The translations under genes were made by a program, and so were the position numbers. Below, in pieces: positions 1 through 12,190 of a stretch of DNA of 64,000 nucleotides (its first letter is position 1; each line of letters begins with the position of its first letter). This DNA comes from Okamejei kenojei (lineage: Eukaryota), in assembly GCA_035221665.1 (NCBI GenBank), contig CM069137.1, positions 28,458,001 through 28,522,000 of the forward strand. Reading direction: 5' to 3'. A model generated the notes under the pieces. It was not told the origin of the DNA and ran no database searches. It worked only from the letters and a program-made list of their open reading frames with translations.

Positions 1-130
1 TGGGGAAAAAGCAGGTACAGGGTACTGATTTTAGATGATCAGCCATGATCATATTGAATAGCAGTGCTGGCTCAAAGGGTCGAATGGCCTACTCCTGCAC
101 CTATTTTTCTATGTCTTCTGTGTTTCTATG
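1..130 (+). mobile_element. CR1 (HER1-like) LINE 3' tail
   Basis: gatgatcagccatgatcatattgaat...gaatggcctactcctgcacct plus a (tttctatg)-like tail; the same tail follows CR1 ORF2 at 22472-22570 and 44316-44407. Confidence 0.85.
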
Positions 131-284
131 ACATTTATTTTCTTTTAATCTGATTCTGACATTAAATTTGAAATACAAATTTTAAACAAGAATAATTTTC
201 AAAACATGAAACAAAAACAAATGATTTGTAAAGAAATTGCCTTTTCCTTTTCTTTCTAATGCACAGCTAGAAACATCGGGTAGA

Positions 285-422
285 TCTTCTTCTTGCATAT
301 GGCATGCATAGCCTAAAGTTGTAGGAAACTTGTTCCATTTTATCTTATTTGATTGTGCACACCAGGTTGATTGCATTTGTCAAAACAGGGCAGACCACGT
401 GAAGCTTGGAATCTCCCACCCC
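285..422 (-). mobile_element. 3' tail of an unclassified retroposon ending in (GAA)n
   Basis: Minus strand ends ...gccatatgcaagaagaaga. Segment 362-419 recurs at 18388-18436 and 18532-18589. Confidence 0.5.
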
Positions 423-1171
423 AATCAGGTAGATTATGTCCTGAAGATGTACTCCATGTGCCATTTGGAACTAATGGTGTTCCAAACCTATCTATATGTC
501 TAAGACTTCTACTTTGGACTGTTCTCATGGCGCAGTTCCTGAACTACTATAATTTAAATGACTAAATGTCTCCGGTTCTATTTGGAACTGTCAGCATTAG
601 CTAGCAAAATCCACCAATTATAATTTGAACTGAATCATTATGTCCGCTCAAACTCATTAATATCTTTTATAATGTTCAGGGACTACAAATTCTTTCATCA
701 CAGTTCCTTTTTTTTCAGAAAATTATTCCGACGGATACCATACTTGACAATCTCTTACTGAATTAAATTAAATTAAAATAAATTCTTTTTTATCCTGAAA
801 GCGGATCATTAGTAAAAGTTTCAGTCAGCAACATTGACTGTTGCATTCAATTGTGTTTTATGGTCACCTGCATAGCCTGATTGCATGAACATTTATCAGC
901 AGAAGGTAGCAGATGCAAATTGTGTCTTTGGTCATGTCCTGTGAGAAATAACCTATGGGTTATAAACCTATTTTCCCACTACATAATCTGAATAATATCT
1001 AGTTTTCACTTTCAGCGATCACTTATGACTTAGAGAAGTTCCCATAACCTTCCATGATTAAATCATCTGGCAGTGTAATAAATGTATTTGTGTTTATTTT
1101 TCAGTATAACATGAATTAAATGTATATTTTAGAAAGGGCTGTACAAAGGAACAGATTGTCTTTTAAAACAC

Positions 1172-1500
1172 TTCCTCATAGCACCAGAGAACCAGTGCAA
1201 TCCTGATCTTGGCCACTATATGTATTGAGTTTGCAAGTTCTTCCTGTGATCAAGGGGTTTCCTTCAGGTGCTCCAGTTTCCTCGCACATCCCAAAGTTGT
1301 GCGGGCTGTTCGGTAAAATGTAAATCGTTCTCAGTGTGTAGATGAGTGGTATAATTTGCGGGAGAGGGGGAGTTGATGAGGATGTGTGCAGAACAAAAAA
1401 TGGTATTAAAGTAGGATTCATGTGAATGGGTGGTTGATGTTTAACATGGACTTGTATCAAGCCAGAGGGCTTGATTCTGTCATGTGCCTCTTGTGACTCC
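1172..1500 (+). mobile_element. V-SINE (HE1-like), degenerate
   Basis: V-domain-like core gagtttgcaagttcttcctgtgatc...ggtgctccagtttcctcgcacatcccaaag followed by a CR1-like tail. Confidence 0.75.
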
Positions 1501-1944
1501 AAGGGTCATAGACAATTTAAGTACAGATAAGTTGTTACTACTTTATTAAATAGAAATTAAAATAGAATTAAAATGTCTGTCAGGAAATGAACCAATTGGC
1601 AGGCACAGGCTAAAAACTTGCAACATCTTAATGATTGAGACAAGGCGCAATGCCTTTTTATTTCTGAACACTTTCTATGTATGATCATAACTTGATTAAA
1701 CAGGGATTTGCCAGGAAGTAAAATGCCACCAATCATTTATGGTTGAAATCTGACAAAAAATATATAAACAATAGGATTATGTCTAGTCAAGAGTATTGTC
1801 TGGAAAAATATAAGATCTTCCATGAGGACCACATCTTTCACGAATTGAGTGTTGCACCCAAACTATAAAAGTTACTGAAGTGTTTAACTCTTGAACATGC
1901 CAAAACTCCAAGGGTGATTTACTGTCGTTTTCACACCATACACT

Positions 1945-2072
1945 GATATCTCCAGTTTCCCTCTCCTCTGACTCTCAGTCTGAAGAAAGGACTCGACCCA
2001 AAACATCACCCATTCCTTCTCTCCAGAGATGCTGCCGATCCCACTGAGTTACTCCAGCATTTTGTGTCTATA
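1945..2072 (+). mobile_element. Penelope-like element terminal-repeat remnant
   Basis: cagtctgaagaaaggactcgacccaaaacatcacc...gatgctgcc...gagttactccagcattttgtgt is homologous to the end of the PLE at 54960-55060. Confidence 0.75.
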
Positions 2073-2084
2073 TCCAGTGACTAA

Positions 2085-2655
2085 AGGGCCTGTCCCACTT
2101 GGGCGACCTAATACGCGTGTTCTGGCAAGTTTGCCCCAACTAAGACTTGCAGTATGGTCGACACGAGGTCGTAGGAGATTTTCGTAACTTACCTTCATGC
2201 TTGAGAGTGGTCTCCGTGTTCTTGAGGCCTCAGCTAGGGTGCGGCGGTTTTTTCAATATGTTAAAAAATGCCTGCAAGTAAAAAAAGGTTGCCATGGAAA
2301 AAATCAATACTTTTTTTACTCGTAGGTTTAGTCGTAGTAGGTCGTAGTAGGTCAGCATGTTAGTCGTAGGTAATCGAGGGTAGTCGAAGGTAGTCAAAGG
2401 TAGTCGTAGATAGTCTTCATCATAGTCGAAGGGAGGTCGAAAGAGATCGAAGGAGGTTGTCTTCAATCTCCGCTATTCAGTGTCTAATGTTCCCGAAGTT
2501 AGTCGTAGTTAGTCGTAGCTAGTCGATGCTGGTCTTCAACATAGTCAAAGGAGGTCGAAGGAGGTCTTCTACATAGTCAAAGGAGGTCTTCAACATGTCA
2601 TTTTTTCAAACTCTCCTAAACTCGCCAATTAGGTCGCCCACGTGGGACAGCTCTT
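2085..2655. mobile_element. PIF/Harbinger-type MITE
   Basis: TIRs agggcctgtcccacttgggcgacctaat / attaggtcgcccacgtgggacagctctt, with TAA on both sides (2082-2084, 2656-2658). Internal tagtcgtagg-like repeats. Same family, inverted, at 52871-53410. Confidence 0.85.
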
Positions 2656-2802
2656 TAACTAATTGTCTTTTTTACTACTTTCAATGTAATTCCCTTATTT
2701 CACTCCCTTTATTTCTATTTCTTGTAAATGTCATGAAACTGCATTGTAATTTGTGAACATCTACAATTAGTTTCCTTCCTGTGAGAGCAGGTACAGCACT
2801 AA

Positions 2803-3319
2803 AGGGCCTGTCCCACCAGCATGCGACTGCATGTGACTAGCGCAACCTAACGTGGTCGCTTGAGCCATAAGGCCTAGCAGGGCCGGTGCCACTTCGATCG
2901 CCGGAGCCGTATGGAGTTGTGCGGGGCTGATCCCGACATCGCGTGGGGCTCCGAAAAACTGACACTGTCCAAAAATCTAGCGCGGCAACGGCCGACAGGT
3001 CCGCAGCCGCATTGAGGCCGCACACAACGCCTCGATGTCGTACGCAGCATCTTGACGGCGTACGCCGAGCTCATGGCGTTGTGTGTTGACGTCACCGCCC
3101 GGCGTGCCATTGCGTGATGACGTAACCGCCCGACGCCATGCGACGTCCAAATTCAGTCGGCCCGCCACCTGCCCAGCTGATTGGTGAGTATGATGTCAGG
3201 ACCAGTTCCATACGGCTCCGTGGTTGGAAGTGTGACCGGCCCCGCGAGGCCGAACGCCTCAAGCCACCACGTTTGGTCACGCTCGCCGCATGCAGTCGCA
3301 TGCTGGTGGGACAGGCCCT
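2803..3319. mobile_element. PIF/Harbinger-type MITE (second family)
   Basis: TIRs agggcctgtcccaccagcatgcgactgcatg / catgcagtcgcatgctggtgggacaggccct; TAA TSD at 2800-2802 and 3320-3322; CpG-rich. Confidence 0.88.
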
Positions 3320-4107
3320 TAACACCTTTCTCACATTCATGGTAAGGGACGAAAGGTCCTCTATAATGTCAACATTCTCAAAGAGAATTCCATTTCACTG
3401 TTAAAAATAGAATAATAGCCTTGCTTCTGTTTCTTCTTACTCCTTAGTGAAATGATGAATAAATATTTCCAGATATTACCAAGGACAATAAATAGATATC
3501 CTCAGCTGTAGCAAACACAATCATCTTTGTAAGAAAATTATATTCTTTCCATTTTGTTTAAAAACACGATTTGGAATAAAAGTGAATACTGTTTGAATCA
3601 AACCTGGTAGATAAAGTGAGCACTGAAGATAGAAAGGCCCAAAGGTAATAAGAGCCAGTTTGTCTTCACTGATTCTCATGTCTTACATTTTTCAAACAAA
3701 AACAAAGGTTAATCTACTGACAAGTTCAAGAAAATCCTTAAAGATTTTTTTAATTGAATTGTTAAAATTTCCATGTTCAGAGAGGGAGAATTTATGGAGG
3801 TATGTTTCTCTATAAAATTGAATGTTGGATGCTTTACAATTTTTTATTATGAGTTGAACTTGCGTGTTTGCAGCAGTTGAAAACCAGACATTGAATAATG
3901 AACAAAGATCAAAGCTCTGTATTGCTGATGGAGAGGATTACATACGTTATCGAAAAAAATCTTTTGCTCAGTTAGCTGAAGATCAGGCCAAGATACTTAA
4001 ATATATTTGCTGGCATGAAAGGATATAAAATCTTTCTTGCACAGCAGTCAACCAACCACTAAATTGTCTTGTATTTTTGATCTAATGCGTTACTTTTCCT
4101 TTGGCAG

Positions 4108-4270
4108 ATGTGGAACAAATGGCTTTAGACTGGCTTACTGGAAACTATTACTTTGTGGATGATGTTAGTGACCGAATATTTGTGTGCAATCAAAATGGGG
4201 TTACTTGCATTACTCTACTAGATCTGGAACTGCACAATCCCAAAGGAATTGCACTCGACCCAGCCATGGG
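4108..4270 (+). CDS. LRP1B: Internal coding exon of LDL receptor-related protein 1B (or LRP1); first YWTD beta-propeller, equivalent to exon 7
   Basis: Acceptor ttttcctttggcag and donor gtaaga; 163 nt, phase 1 in and phase 2 out. Translates [54 protein letters not shown], recognised as LRP1/LRP1B. The paralogue call rests on the very long downstream intron and residues VSD/LHNPK, and is less certain than the family call. Missed by the ORF track. Confidence 0.9.
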
Positions 4271-5488
4271 GTAAGATTATTTATTCATATTCTATACAAT
4301 TTTCTGCAAGCAGCTTGAGACATTGGTGGATTCCATCTCCACATGTATATTAAATATAAAGTTAGACTTTGACTCTTGGATGAAAATACATTTATTTCAA
4401 TTGAATTTTATTTCAAAGTAGTCATCAAGTTATTTATGAGTAAGAGCCTGTTGATCATTGTATGGTATTTGGTGGATTGAAGCATCCTTTTTGTACAATG
4501 AGGCCTCAGCATACTTTAGTTAACCTTTGCAGTGAAACTTGCTTAATGGGGACCATATGAATTTTGTGCAGCCACTAAAAGGAAATGGGAAACCTAGTGG
4601 GGGGGGGGGGGGGGGGGGGGAGGGAGAAAATCTGGGCTGGAATTTAATTTCATGTCATGCTGAAAGCAAGGTGGGGGGGGGGGGGTCGGAGTCATCTAGG
4701 AGTGTAAGGGAAACCATGTTATGATTTATGATTGGGTTTCCCAGCTAACAAGCTTGACCATGTAAGAAGATGACATGAAAGAGTAATTTTGAGCTCAAGT
4801 GTTTAATGGAACAAATAATAGAAATGGAGCACAGAAGAATTGACAGAATAGAGTCCAGATGCCGTGGCTCTCTGAATGTTCTGTTGAAGCCTAGGGGAAG
4901 ATATTGTTCCATTATGAAAGGAACAATTTGTTTGCAGGCAAAATGCAGAGGTCAAGGCTGGAAATTGTCACTTTTGTCAGCAGCAGGAGAATAATGCCCT
5001 GCTTTGTGAATCGAATGTTTATAAACAGGTGTAATGAAGCAAGTAAAATGATGAGCTCAGATTCCAATGTGTAATCACCTAACTCACTTATTCTGTCTTC
5101 AAATATCTTTACTGCAATACATTATTCCTCACACCAACTAACTTTGCTCATGTATATCATACTCACTGTATGTGTACCTTGCATCCCCTGAAGATCTGCC
5201 ACAAGTAACAGTCACCCTGCAAGTGTTTTTTGGCAGAAGAATCTAGTGGTAATAAAATGTGAGATAGAACTGGTACAATCTCAGTAAAATGACAGCGGTG
5301 ATGAAGTGCGGCCGCCAGACCCACCTGGCAACAAGCTGAAGGCAGTTTTGTGCCAGGTTGTCAATTTCCTCTGTTTAAGTTAACTCCATTTCTCCTCACT
5401 CAGACCTGCTCCCAGATCACTGTTCTCTTGCAATTTAAAAATATTTCTGAAGACTGCAAAAGAAAACCCAACAAAGATGTTTTTTATA

Positions 5489-5578
5489 AAGACACAAAGT
5501 GCCAGGGTAACTCAATGGGTTAGACAGCATCTCTGGAGAACATGGACAGGTGACATTTTGAGTTGGGACCCTTCTTCA
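5489..5578 (-). mobile_element. Penelope-like terminal-repeat remnant
   Basis: gacacaaagtgcc...taactcaatgggttagacagcatctctggag...gacccttcttca. Confidence 0.65.
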
Positions 5579-6338
5579 AATAGGTTAATGTTTCATTTGA
5601 ACTGACATCAAAGAATAATTAGATTTTCAGGATGGAAGTAACAAATACTAGAGGGTGCCGGTTAAGTGGGAGAGTGGGAATGTTTAAAGAAAATTTACGA
5701 AGTGATTTTGCTTTTATACAGAGCTGGAATGTGATGCACGGGGAAGTGGTAAAAGCAGATAGCAATATTTAAAGTCATTTAGGAAGACATGTAAACAGGT
5801 GTGCAATAGAGGGTCACAGACAGGCAGATGGTATTAGTTAGATTTGTGTCATGTGGGTGCAGACATAATGGGCCAAAAGTCCTGTGTCTGTGCTGCACTG
5901 TTCAATGTTTAATGCTAGTTCTATGTTTTCTGCTAAAAACATTAATGCCATAAGCTTAGAAAAAATTGCATTATCATTTCCTTTCTTAAAAACAATATTG
6001 GAATTTTATTCTTAAAGATTTTGATTGTGCAGTCCAGTTGCAAAGGTGGTAAATGATAAAATAATGGTAATTTGACGTTCGTTCACAGTGTATAGTACAA
6101 TAAGCCTAATTCAGAAGTCTTCTGACCTAATCACTAAATCCACCGTCCTCTATACCATATCTGGAGCCGATCCAGAAACAATCCCAAGGTCTTTTAACAT
6201 TTCATTGGAATCATGTGAGCTTTAACAGCATGCATTTTATTACCTAGTGAGCCACTTATTCCAAGCAATGTGATCGGTCTCCAGCACTGATAGCTGCTGA
6301 TATACAAGAAAATAAGGACTTAATTTCTATAATCCTTA

Positions 6339-6697
6339 CAGCAGCAACTTTCCAGAAATGACTGGCAAGTTTCATGGGGATAAAAGATAGCGAAAAAGTC
6401 CTTCTGCCTTACAACGAGATCATGTGGCATGAAACATATCAGCTCTGCCATGAATATAAGCAGGAATATTTGACAGCCAACTTAGCCATCAAAACATCAG
6501 AAGACTCTGGTAAATTCCAGCAGCAACTTTCCAGAAATGGCTGGCAAGTTTCATGGGGATAAGAGATAGCAAAAAAGTCGTTCTGCCTTACAATGAGATC
6601 ATGTGGCATGAAACATATCAGCTCTGCCCATGAATATAAGTAGGAATATTTGACAGCCAACTTAGCCATCGAAACATCAGAAGACTCTGGTAAATTC
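6339..6697. repeat. Tandem duplication of a ~179-bp unit (2 copies)
   Basis: 6339-6517 versus 6518-6697 (cagcagcaactttccagaaatg...gaagactctggtaaattc); I count 7 substitutions and 1 indel. Confidence 0.95.
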
Positions 6698-6699
6698 CA

Positions 6700-6990
6700 A
6701 GACACAGTAAGAGGAAGGAATATAGGTGGAAGCGGACTAGGGGGGGATGGAGGAGGGGTGTTGCAAAAGGAATGCAGATAAATTGGTGCGCATCAGGTTG
6801 GGGCACAGGGAAGAGATAAGGAAAAAATAATGGGTGGGCGGGGTTGTTTGTAGATTAGTTACCAAAAATTGGAGAAATAAATCTTCATAATATTGTGTTG
6901 TAAACTATCCAAGCAGAATATGAGGTGCTGTTTTTCTCTGGAGTGATGGTGGCTGAAGAGTGACCTAGCAGAAGATTAGAGAGGGGGGAA
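6700..6990 (-). mobile_element. Old Penelope-like 3' fragment
   Basis: ccaagcagaatatgaggtgctg matches ccaagcggaatatgaggtgctg at about 55340-55360. Confidence 0.55.
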
Positions 6991-6993
6991 TTA

Positions 6994-7581
6994 ACATAGA
7001 AACATAGAAATTAGGTGCAGGAGTAGGCCATTCAGCCCTTCGAGCCTGTACCGCCATTCAATATGATCATGGCTGATCATCCAACTCAGTATCCCGTACC
7101 TGCCTTCTCTCCATACCCTCTGATCCCCTTAGCCACAAGGGCCACATCCAACTCACTCTTAAATATAGCCAATGAACTGGCCTCAACTACCCTCTGTGGC
7201 AGAGAGTTCCAGAGACTCACCACTCTCTGTGTGAAAAAAGTCTTTCTCATCTCGGTCTTAAAGGATTTCCCCCTTATCCTTAAGCTGTGACCCCTTGTCC
7301 TGGACTTCCCCAACATCGGGAACAATCTTCCTGCATCTAGCCTGTCCAACCCCTTAAGAATTTTGTAAGTTTCTATAAGATCCCCTCTTAATCTCCTAAA
7401 TTCCAGAGAGTATAAACCGAGTCTATCCAGTCTTTCTTCATAAGACAGTCCTGACATCCCAGGAATCAGTCTGGTGAACCTTCTCTGCACTCCCTCTATG
7501 GCAATAATGTCCTTCCTCAGATTTGGAGACCAAAACTGCACGCAATACTCCAGGTGTGGTCTCACCAAGACCCTGTACAAT
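6994..7581 (-). mobile_element. CR1 LINE, 5'-truncated, young
   Basis: Open ORF2 C-terminus (LVRPHLEYCVQFWSP...RLRGDLIETYKI...FFTQRVVSLWNSLP) plus (catagaaa)n tail. Confidence 0.95.
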
Positions 7582-7754
7582 TGAAGAAGAAAAAATCATT
7601 TGATAAACATGCTGTCAATGCTACTTTGTCAGTAAATATGTGGAAGTTGTCCATCCTGTAAAGTGCTCTTCGGATGAGCCCAAAATTAGTGAAAAAGTTG
7701 ATTTGTTTCAACAGCATTTATTTTTATTACATTGGAAAGCACAATGTATAGTAG

Positions 7755-8060
7755 GTGGCACAGTAGCACAGTGGTAAAGCTGCTGCCTCACAGTATCAAA
7801 GACCTGGGTTTCATCCTGACCACGAGTGGTGTCTGTGTGCATTTTGCATGTTCTCCCTGTGACCACGTGGGTTTCTTCTGGGTGATCCAGTTTCCTCCCG
7901 CATCTCAAAGACTCAAAGGTTTCCAGGCTAATTGGCTCCTGTAAATTGCTCCTAGTGTGTAGTGAAATAACTAGTGTGAACGCGTGGTCAATGGTTGGTG
8001 TGGACTCGGCCAGCCAAAGGGCATGTTTCCGTGTTGTATCCTTAAACTTAAACTAAACTA
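7755..8060 (+). mobile_element. V-SINE (HE1-like), full length
   Basis: tRNA-like head gtggcacagtagcacagtggtaaagctgctgcctcacag, V-domain tttgcatgttctccctgtgaccacgtgggtttc, tail (aaact)n. Confidence 0.85.
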
Positions 8061-8666
8061 AATCACATTCTTGGGGTAATTTGTTTTTTCCACTATATTG
8101 TAAACAAAACTCCCTCCACGTCTGCCTCTTCATACAGCACACACATTGACACTCAACTCCTGACAGTGCCTTTTTAGTTTTTCCTCCTGACACCACATGT
8201 AAGCCAAACCTATATGTAGCTGACCTTCCAAGCCTGGCCACAATCACTTGCTCCTCCATCCATCAGTTCTCTCAACCACTACTGAAATTCTGACTGACTT
8301 TTTCCAAAATATATCATGATCCCAAAAATAAATTTCAATTTTTCTCCTCATTCCTGATTGGATTTGCATTTATCTCATGCGATGGTTCAAAATCTCAAAC
8401 AACAATCTACATGCATATATTACAGTCAAAATCCCCTCATTGTCCTTGACTATGAGTCAATACCTCTTTATCAGAAACACTTACTTTTTCCAAATGCTTT
8501 CTGGATATGCTTTTTGACCCAGAAAAAACATGATTGATTTTAACTATCCCCTGAAATTGGTTAACAAATCACTCAAACACTCAGACTCTTGAAGAGATCA
8601 TTACACTTTGGAATTCTCTACCCAAAGGTCATAAGTGATAGAAGTAGAACTAGGCCTTTCGGCTCA

Positions 8667-9429
8667 TCATAGAAACATAGAAAAGAGGTGCAGGAGTAGG
8701 CAGTCGGCCCTTCGAGCCTGCACTGTCATTCAATATGATCATGGCTGTTCATCCAACTCAGTATCCTGTACCTGCCTTCTCTCCATACCCCCTGATCCCT
8801 TTAGCCACAAGGGCCACATCTAACTTCCTCTTAAATATAGCCAATGAACTGGCCTCAACTATCTTCTGTGGCAGAGAATTCCACAGATTCACCACTCTGT
8901 GTGAAAAATTATTTTCTCATCTCGGTCCTAAAAGACTTCCCCCTTATCCTTAAACTGTGACCCCTTGTTCTGGACTTCCCCAACATCGGGAACAATCTTC
9001 CTGCATCTAGCCTGTCCAACCCCTTAAGAATTTTGTAAGTCTCTATAAGATCCCCCCTCAATCTTCTAAATTCCAGCGAGTACAAGCCAAGTCTATCCAG
9101 TCTTTCTTCATATTGAACACCTGCCATCCCAGGAATCAGTGTGGTGAACCTTCTCTGTACTCCCTCTATGGCAAGAATGTCTTTGCTCAGATTAGGAGAC
9201 CAAAACTGTATGCAATACTCCAGGTGTGGCCTCACCAAGATCCTGTACAACTGCAGTAGACCCTCCCTGCTCTTATACTCAAATCCTTTTGCTATGAATG
9301 CTAACATACCATTCACTTTCTTCACTGCCTGTTGCACCTGCATGCCTACTTTCAATGACTGATGTACCATGACACCCAGGTCTCGTTGCATTTCCCCTTT
9401 TCCTAATCGGCCACGATTCAGATAATAAT
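8667..9429 (-). mobile_element. CR1 LINE fragment nested in an older CR1 tail (host about 8627-8666 and 9430-9612)
   Basis: ORF 8909-9391 is CR1 ORF2. Host tail gtcataagtgatagaagtagaactaggcctttcggc resumes at caagtctactctgtcattcaatcatggctgatc. Confidence 0.9.
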
Positions 9430-10479
9430 CAAGTCTACTCTGTCATTCAATCATGGCTGATCAATCTCTCCCCCTAACCCCATTCTCCTGCCTTCTCCCC
9501 ATAACCTCTGATACCTGTACTAATCAAGAATCTATCTGTCTCTGCCTTATAAATATCCACGGACTGCCTCCACAACCTTCTGTGGCAAAGTATTCCACAT
9601 ATTCACCACTGTCTTTGAATGTTGTCAGTGGAGATGGACAAACATTTGAACAACACGATAATCAAGGGGAATGGGGAATGGCAAAGGAATGGTAAGTCAT
9701 ATTGACGCCAAGATTGAATGAGCCATGATCTTAATGATTGGCAGAGCATGCTCAAGGGGTGAACTGGCCTACCTCTGCTCCTGTTTCTCTGCTGTCATGT
9801 GAAGCAAATATAATTGGGATATTTGACGTCTTATGAGGAAGCAGCACATTAGCCAAGCCTGAAGTTCATCTGATGTTCTATCGTATCCAGTGGCAGAATA
9901 TATTGCTAGTCCGTATCAAAACTGGAAATTATTGTTGTCTATACTTTTCTGAGCTTGAAAAGGTCAACTACTTGAGGCCCCACAACCTAATGGGAGCATA
10001 AAGCTCAGCTAAAACTCAACTCTACAATTCTCATGGGTTTAAGGCTAGGCCTTTCATTATCTTCAGCAGATAAGTATCGGGACGTTTTTTTTCTTGACAC
10101 GCAGATCAGATTTTCCTCCTTCATAGTGAAATACCAGGCCATGAAACATACAATATACAAGAGTTCAAATTCCTTCCATGTTCTCCCAAACAGCCGATGC
10201 CTGCTGTCAATAATCTCAAATGAAAACTGTTTAAAACCACTGTTTCTTTACTTATTTACTTTCAGACCATTTGTGATTTTTTTTAAATCTGTCTTCCAGA
10301 ACTATTTTTATTTAGCTTTGTAAAATAATTATTTACATCAGCTCCTATTGAGCAAGGCCTGATTAAATATGCTTTTTAATTACCACTTGTTTGTCAACCA
10401 TTTTTGATATTTTCAGTGTGTCTTTAACAACAAACCTATTGATACAATGACATTGACTCACCCACTCTGATGGATGACA

Positions 10480-10716
10480 ATTCACAAAGGAGTTTTGAGT
10501 CTGTGGAATTCTCTGCCTCAGAGGGCGGTGGAGGCCGGTTCTCTGGATACTTTCAAGAGAGAGCTAGATAGGGCTCTTAAAGATAGTGGAGTCAGCGGAT
10601 ATGGGGAGAAGGCAGGAACGGGGTACTGATTGTGGATGATCAACCATGATCACATTGAATGGCGGTGCTGAATCGAAGGGCCGAATGGCGTACCTGCACC
10701 TATTGTCTATTGTCTA
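10480..10716 (+). mobile_element. CR1 LINE 3' end, (ctattgt)n subfamily
   Basis: gagtctgtggaattctctgcc...ggatatggggagaaggcaggaacggggtactga...ctattgtctattgtcta. Confidence 0.9.
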
Positions 10717-10859
10717 TAATCTCTTCCTACTAATGGATTTTAAATTTGTTCTGACATTTCATTTAAGCAGAAAGCAAATTTGTTTCAGTCAATGCAATTA
10801 AGCAGCACATAGTTCTCCCAGCAAATTTCTTAATTTGTGCACGATGAATAATAGAGAAG

Positions 10860-12190
10860 AGACAATAGACAATTGGGCCAGGAGTAGGCCATTCGGCGGA
10901 CTCCACAGAATTCCACAGACTCACCACTCTCCATGAGAAAAAGTGTTTCCTCGTCTCCGTTCTAAATGGCTTACTCATTATTCTTAAACTGTGGCCTCTG
11001 GTTCTGGACTCCCCCAACATCGGGAACATGTTTCCTGCCTCTAGCATGTCCAAACCCTTAACAATCTTATATGTTTCAATGAGAATCCCTCTCATCCTTC
11101 TAAACTCTAAAGCCCAGCTGCTCCATTCTCTCAGCATATGACAGTCCCACCATCCATGGAATTAACCTTGTAAACCTACGCTGCACTCCCTCAATAACAA
11201 GAATGTCCTTCCTCAAATAAGGGGACTAAAACTGCACACAATAGTCCAGGTGTGGTCTCACTAGGGCTCTGTACAACTGCAGAAGGACCTCTTTACTCAT
11301 ATATTTAATTCCTCTTGTTATAAAGGCCAACATACCATTCGCTTTCTTAACTGCCTGCTGTACCTGCATGCTTACTTTCACAGACTGATGAACAAGGAAC
11401 CCCAGATCCTGTTGTACTTCCCCTTTTCCCAACTTGACGCTACTTAGATAGTAATCTGCCTTCCTGTTTTTGTTACCAAAGTGGATAACCTCATATTTAT
11501 CCGCATTAAACTTCATCTGCCATGCATCTGCCCACTCCCCCAACCTGTCCAAGTCACCCTGCATTCTCATAACATCCTCCTCACAGTTCACACTGCCATC
11601 CAGCTTTGTGTCATTGCAAATTTGCTAATGTTACTTTGAATCCCTTCATCCAAATCATTGATGTATATTGTAAATAGCTGTGGTCCCAGCATCGAGCCTT
11701 GCAGTACCCCACTAGTCACTGCCTGCCATTCTGAAAGGGACCCGTTAATCCCTACTCTTTGTTTCCTGTCTGCCAACCACTTCTCTATCCATGTCAGCAC
11801 TCCCCGAATACCATGTGTCTTAATTTTGCCCACTAATCTCCCATGTGGGACCTTATCAAATGCTTTCTGAAAGTGCAGGTACACTACATCCACTGGCTCT
11901 CCCTTGTCCATTTTCCTAGTGACATCTTCAAAAAATTTCAGTAGATTAGTCAAACATCATTTCCCCTTCGTAAATCCATGCTGACTCGGACCGATCCTCT
12001 TACTAACATTCAAATGTGCCGCTATTTCATCTTTTATATTTGACTCCAGCATCTTCCCCACCACCGATGTCAGGCTAACTGGTCTATAATTCCCTGTTTT
12101 CTCTCTCCCGCCTTTCTTAAAAAGTGGGATAACATTAGCTACCCTCCAATCCACAGGAACTGATCCTGAGTCTATAGAACATTGGAAAAT
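10860..12190 (-). mobile_element. CR1 LINE ORF2 RT fragment, frameshifted
   Basis: [42 protein letters not shown] and DLDRLGEWA in ORFs 11226-12262. Confidence 0.95.

Noticed and set aside
2837-3404. Overlapping GC-rich ORFs
   Set aside because: They lie within or across a TIR-bounded MITE and show no transposase or other recognisable motif.
7063-7290. Recurrent ORF MIMADHPTQYPVPAFSPYPLIP (also 8735, 41603, 44112)
   Set aside because: It is the antisense reading of the CR1 3' end; recurrence reflects repeat copies, not a gene family.
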